A stretch of DNA of 62,843 nt, counting the filler, from Rhabdomonas costata (taxonomy: Eukaryota): assembly GCA_019059605.1 (NCBI GenBank). It is 53 parts of 53 records of this genome, joined end to end, with 100 filler letters (N's around TTAATTAATTAA, not from the genome) between each part and the next. Parts side by side here need not be neighbours in the genome. Positions count along the whole stretch, not along the records: positions 59,383 to 60,469 come from JAHMHO010029275.1; positions 60,570 to 61,656 come from JAHMHO010029276.1; positions 61,757 to 62,843 come from JAHMHO010029277.1; 50 more parts are not named here. The stretch is one strand, 5' to 3'. A program made the translations under genes and the position numbers. The notes beneath the pieces were generated by a model. It was not told the DNA's origin, ran no database searches, and worked only from the letters and a program-made list of their open reading frames with translations. This document shows positions 60,397 to 62,843 of the stretch, piece after piece (positions within the stretch are counted from its first letter, which is position 1; each line of letters opens with the position of its first letter).

Positions 60397-62843
60397 GTCC
60401 GTTGCCTGTTGAGAGGAATTCACTCACTCAGGTTATTCACTATTCCCTTCCCCCAACACACCACCACCCNNNNNNNNNNNNNNNNNNNNNNNNNNNNNNN
60501 NNNNNNNNNNNNNTTAATTAATTAANNNNNNNNNNNNNNNNNNNNNNNNNNNNNNNNNNNNNNNNNNNNGGGGTGGGGGGTCACATGTAAGCCAACCCTT
60601 CGTGACAAGGGTCCTCCTCAGAAAAAAATTATCGTCACAAAGTGCACGTGTGTGTGTGTGTGCGCGCGCCAGTGAGGTTTCCCAAGGAGTTCCGCCCGAT
60701 GACTGGAAGGGGAAGTCATTCCCGTGAAATCAGTCGCCGCGGCGGCGGGAGAATCGATTTTTAGCTGGAGGAGAACTCGCCGGCCTTGTGTAAATATTGT
60801 GTGTGTTTGTGAGCCCCCATGTCTGTGACTTCAGCACCAAGTACCTCTTGTCTTCGGACCTGCTGGAGCGGGGCGGTACTGCGCGCAAAAATAATGACAA
60901 TTGGGTGAAGGGGTGCTCGATATAGAGCTGAAATGTTCGTAGCGGATCCTGTTCGGTTATTCAGAGAATCTTAAAGGAAGAACAGCTTGTGCTTATTGTC
61001 CTCTTTTTTAGGAGTGGAATGGTAAGCGCCTCCCAGAGCCACGGTATCAAAGGCGGGATCAATTAGATCGAAAAACCCACGGCCCTCGGCGATGTCTCGT
61101 GCAAGCAGTGTGAGTCATCAGAGGGTAGGGTCAATGTCCGGGGTGCCAGCAGCTTGATTTCACGCGGCTCCCTTTCGGGTGGGCAAGGTGGCCACGCTCG
61201 TTTTTGTGCCCATTCCTCGCAGTTTGAGCCTGAGCCCGTCGTAGGCTGGTCCCACTTTCCCCATGTTTTCGAGCAACTTCAGACGAGCTGTCACTAACCC
61301 CCACTCTATCCAGTATCCACTGTCTCATGGAGTGAGCCAGGATTGGGGAAGAGCGCACGTTACATTTGACTGGATTTCGCTACGTCACCCTGCAAAATAA
61401 GGCGAATTTGAAAGCGTGTGTCGTCCAGACTCTAGGTTTCACGCCTTGAATCCTAATGCGTTTTTGTACCCCCTCTCCCCTCCCCTCCCCTGCCCAGCAC
61501 ATCCACCAACCCAATATCAAAGGGCTTCAGGGCCCTGGTGCGAGGATGCGAGGAATACGCGACGAATGACCTGAAAAATTCACTCCGCTTCTCAAGACAT
61601 GACATTCCGGTCCGACCTGCAGTATGTTCGATCGGGATGCGTCCCCCCCACCCAACNNNNNNNNNNNNNNNNNNNNNNNNNNNNNNNNNNNNNNNNNNNN
61701 TTAATTAATTAANNNNNNNNNNNNNNNNNNNNNNNNNNNNNNNNNNNNNNNNNNNNGTTGGTGGTGACTGGTGCCCTGGCTAAGAGGTGAGCTCAGTCGT
61801 CCAGATCCGATGACACATGGAGTGCGTCCGTAATCCAGTCAAGTTGTTCGTTAATGTTGCCGATTTAAAGGGGACCTCTGGCTCCAATTAATGTTGGTTC
61901 AACTTTGGAATTTTTCGTGAAGAAAGGAAACGGACTGCCACTAATTCTGAATGTACCACGCAGTGTTTCTATGTAGGAAAAGCGAAAAGGGAGCAAAAGT
62001 TCAGATGGTTACAAACTGTTTTTCAAAACAGGTAGTGCATTTTAAGCATTTTAAGCACACCAGCAAGTGAGCACCCGCGTTTGTCTCGGCGCGGCGCGAA
62101 GGTGGGGTGCGGGCGGTCAGCTTTGCTCCTGCGCCGTGTGATGCCTTTCTCTTCTCAGAGTAAGCCCGAGAGCGCGAAGTGGTCTCTTCGGCTCCTGGCG
62201 CATCCCGAAGTGTTGTTGCTCTTTGCCTAGGCTGCCGGGAGCTCGGGGGCGGAGAGGGACGGTTTGCTGAGGTTGGGGTCCTCAGGCCGTAGCATTCAAG
62301 AAGATCCAGCTGATCGGGGTCCATTATAAGAAGTTGCGGAGAAGTGGCAGTTGGGCATGCGTTGCAAGAAGCGGAGCCCATTCCAGTAGCAGTGGGCCAG
62401 GTGATTGGCTTGGCCCACAACTTCGAGGTGCGCCCTGAAAACAGAATGATGTGGTAGGCATCCAGCCAAAAACAATTCCACATTCAGTGCCTCGCAGTCC
62501 TCGGGGTCACGGGTTTCCCGACCTTTCACCCTTGTCCGGTTGTAGTGCTTCTTGGCGGCTCTTTTGTATCCCTTTTGTGCCGCTTCTTGCTCACAATTTA
62601 ATTGCTATGAATACAAAAGAAAAATGATCGACGTCCTCCCCCCCCCCATCCCATCTGTGCTCACCAGGCTTCGGCGGTGCTCTTCCTTCGGCAAGCTCAG
62701 GAAGACCATCGAAAACGCCTACAACGAGAAGAATTTAATCCACGTGTGTATGTGTGCAAACCCGAAGAGCGAAAGCATCCGCGAAAAAAATAAAAAGATA
62801 GCAACTTTTTTTTAAGCGAAGACACCAACTCAAACAAAAAAAC

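Noticed and set aside
1089..61756. Regularly spaced TTAATTAATTAA as a CRISPR-like or biological repeat array
   Set aside because: It is always embedded in N44 pads; this is a synthetic concatenation linker.
1..62843. Gene neighbourhood or operon-like system across the window (e.g. CWC15, CPSF73 and RNA-binding proteins together)
   Set aside because: Contigs appear grouped by length and are unlinked, so co-occurrence carries no information.

Overview
This window is not a contiguous locus. It holds 53 unrelated contigs of about 1,080-1,091 bp, each joined by an artificial 100-bp linker (N44-TTAATTAATTAA-N44, stops in all six frames). Adjacency across linkers and ORFs containing X are therefore artefacts. 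Most contigs start with G/T-only and end with C/A-only tails, and five end in fold-back inverted repeats, which points to whole-genome-amplified input. The DNA is from an intron-rich flagellated eukaryote; a euglenid/euglenozoan is my best inference (IFT81, calpain-like exon, GC-rich third positions, short CAG-to-ATG leaders, GTNYG donors). Splicing exons by hand recovers fragments of RNF10, asparagine synthetase, a UBA protein, a calpain-like protein, TMEM94-like, IFT81, a soluble-type nucleotide cyclase, ORC5, a Nab2-type CCCH finger, an aromatic amino acid decarboxylase, CWC15, a HECT ligase, PIG-O and CPSF73. No multi-gene novel system can be demonstrated from 1-kb fragments. The most interesting signals are an intronless protein built of 39-aa OPR/HPR-like repeats, a 5' splice-site pattern with a pyrimidine at +4 in 10 of 10 homology-supported introns, likely trans-splice acceptors with tight gene packing, a possible exon relic at the end of a CPSF73 intron, and one compositionally distinct contig. 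All family assignments come from recalled motifs, not database searches.
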